A stretch of 64,000 nucleotides of DNA from Chromera velia (lineage: Eukaryota), in the NCBI GenBank assembly GCA_018398765.1, contig JAHBMJ010000179.1, positions 1 to 64,000 of the forward strand, in the 5' to 3' direction. This document shows, piece by piece, positions 62,395 to 64,000 of this stretch. The notes below the pieces were generated by a model. The model was not told where the DNA came from. It saw only the letters and a list, made by a program, of their open reading frames with translations, and did no database searches. A program made the position numbers and the translations under genes. Position 1 is the stretch's first letter, and each line of letters opens with the position of its first letter.

Positions 62395-64000
62395 CTAGTG
62401 CTTGGGTCGCTTGTTCTGTGCTGTGCCCCCCGGACCCGCTGCCGGGCCAGGTGCGCCACCTGCCCCCACCCACCCGAAAGATGTGGGTGAAGATGCACCG
62501 GCATCTCCTCCTTGCGACTTCACCTGGGGATAATACATCGTCAACTTGCTACTTATTCAAACGTCGCTCTTGTCTCCACGTCTCTCGACCAACGGTCTAC
62601 AGGATACTCAAACAGTCTGCAGAGAGAAGCTAAAGCCACTGCACGAGGCTGGAGACGCGCTGGATTGATGGGTGGAAGTGAGTTACAGCCGACTGAGCCG
62701 AGAGAAGCAAGCAGCCAAATTGAAGATCTGTCAGCGCACTCAGGTAACCCTGGATGTTCAAGGCTGCGTGAAAGGATGTTGACAGGCTGTCAACGGTCTA
62801 CTGTAGATCCATTGAGGTACCGTCTTGTCAGGCGTATTCGAATCAACTCATAACAGTGAAGGCGTGTGTTGCCAGGATTTGTCTTACCTTTATTTGCCTT
62901 CCGTATAGACGGGCTGCACGCGCGCGCATGCATGGGCCCCATGCACCCCATGAATGCATGCAAGGGCCGCAAAACTGCGGGGCCGCATGCAGGGCCCGCC
63001 GGGCCCGCCGGGCCCGCGGGCGGCTCAAGATGGCGCAGATCAGACTGACAGCAGCCTGCCACCAACTGCCCAGCTATCGAGATCTATCGATGAGTTTTGC
63101 TCCAAAACGACTCACAACTTTGGACAGTGATCGTCCATATCGACGTATTGTGCCGTTTAGCCGCAAGCCACAATCTTGCTGGGTTTTGGTTGAAGGGGCG
63201 AGGATCAAGTCACGCTTGTTCGTGCCTGTCTCCTTCGCTTGCCAGTCCCGGCTTCGGACCTGAGGATTCGTCTTCTTCTTTCGCGCTAGCTTTAGACCCT
63301 TCTTCTCACGTTGTGATAGAGAATGTGTGGCATTTTTGCGATTCTCAAGTCGACAGACTCTGCTTACGACCTAAGGGTGAAAGCTCTGGCGTGTTCGAAA
63401 AAGTCAGTCGCCAGTGCCCCCTCTGTACTCAGTCTGTCTCCGTCTCCGTTGAGCTGAATGTCTGCAACTGTACTGTGCCTTTGAGCTCTCTTTCTGCACT
63501 CCATCCATCTTTTTGCTTCATCATGCGTGCCTTTTGATATGTGAATGTCTGTCTCTGTGTGCAGAATTCGCCATCGGGGTCCTGACTGGTCCGTTTCAAT
63601 CTGTGCGGGCGATCTGCGGTTCTTGTCAGCGTCGCAACCGCGTGGACTGCCTTTGTCTCTGCTGCTCCTTGATTCACTTCTTCTCTCTCATACTTACCTC
63701 TTCTCCTGCTTCAATTCTCTTCTCTCTCTGCGCCCGTCTTTCGGTCCGCACTTGCGCATCAGTCTGATTCACTTCTTCCCCTCCTTCCTTCTTCCTACTT
63801 GCTTATCCTTGCTACCGAGAGCCAGGGACTGTCCTGTTCTTTTTTGTGCCGGTGGTATTCGGTCTGTCTGAGCAACGAAGGGGTGGAATGATGCTGGACG
63901 AGAGTGTGAATGTACAGGGCTTGTAGGCACGGAGACTCACGTTTACAGAGTCGGTCGTGAGTGACCCTCTTCTGGCTGAGTGATGCTGCGTGTGTCCCTG

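Overview
Intron-rich eukaryotic DNA with microsatellite-laden introns and a dense transposon load. It resembles a chromerid alveolate such as Chromera; this is inferred from style, not proven. Host genes: a 13-exon ovothiol synthase (OvoA) with an apparently duplicated methyltransferase region, WDR3/Utp12, a divergently transcribed DMT/SLC35F-type transporter, a UBC-fold protein lacking the catalytic Cys, a degenerate J-domain gene, a PPPDE-like remnant, an oocyst-wall-like pseudogene and several hypotheticals. Mobile DNA: a copia remnant whose LTR is split by a gene-carrying TIR element, two non-autonomous LTR elements, hAT-type MITEs with 8-bp TSDs, a decayed hAT transposase and an RLE non-LTR fragment. 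Top observations: (1) five dispersed copies of one RNA hairpin (near-invariant apex, unrelated but base-paired lower stems) in 3.3 kb of non-coding DNA downstream of ovoA; (2) a RIP-like CpA->TpA mutation signature in repeats; (3) a dominant GTCNG 5' splice site. All alignments and exon calls were made by eye.
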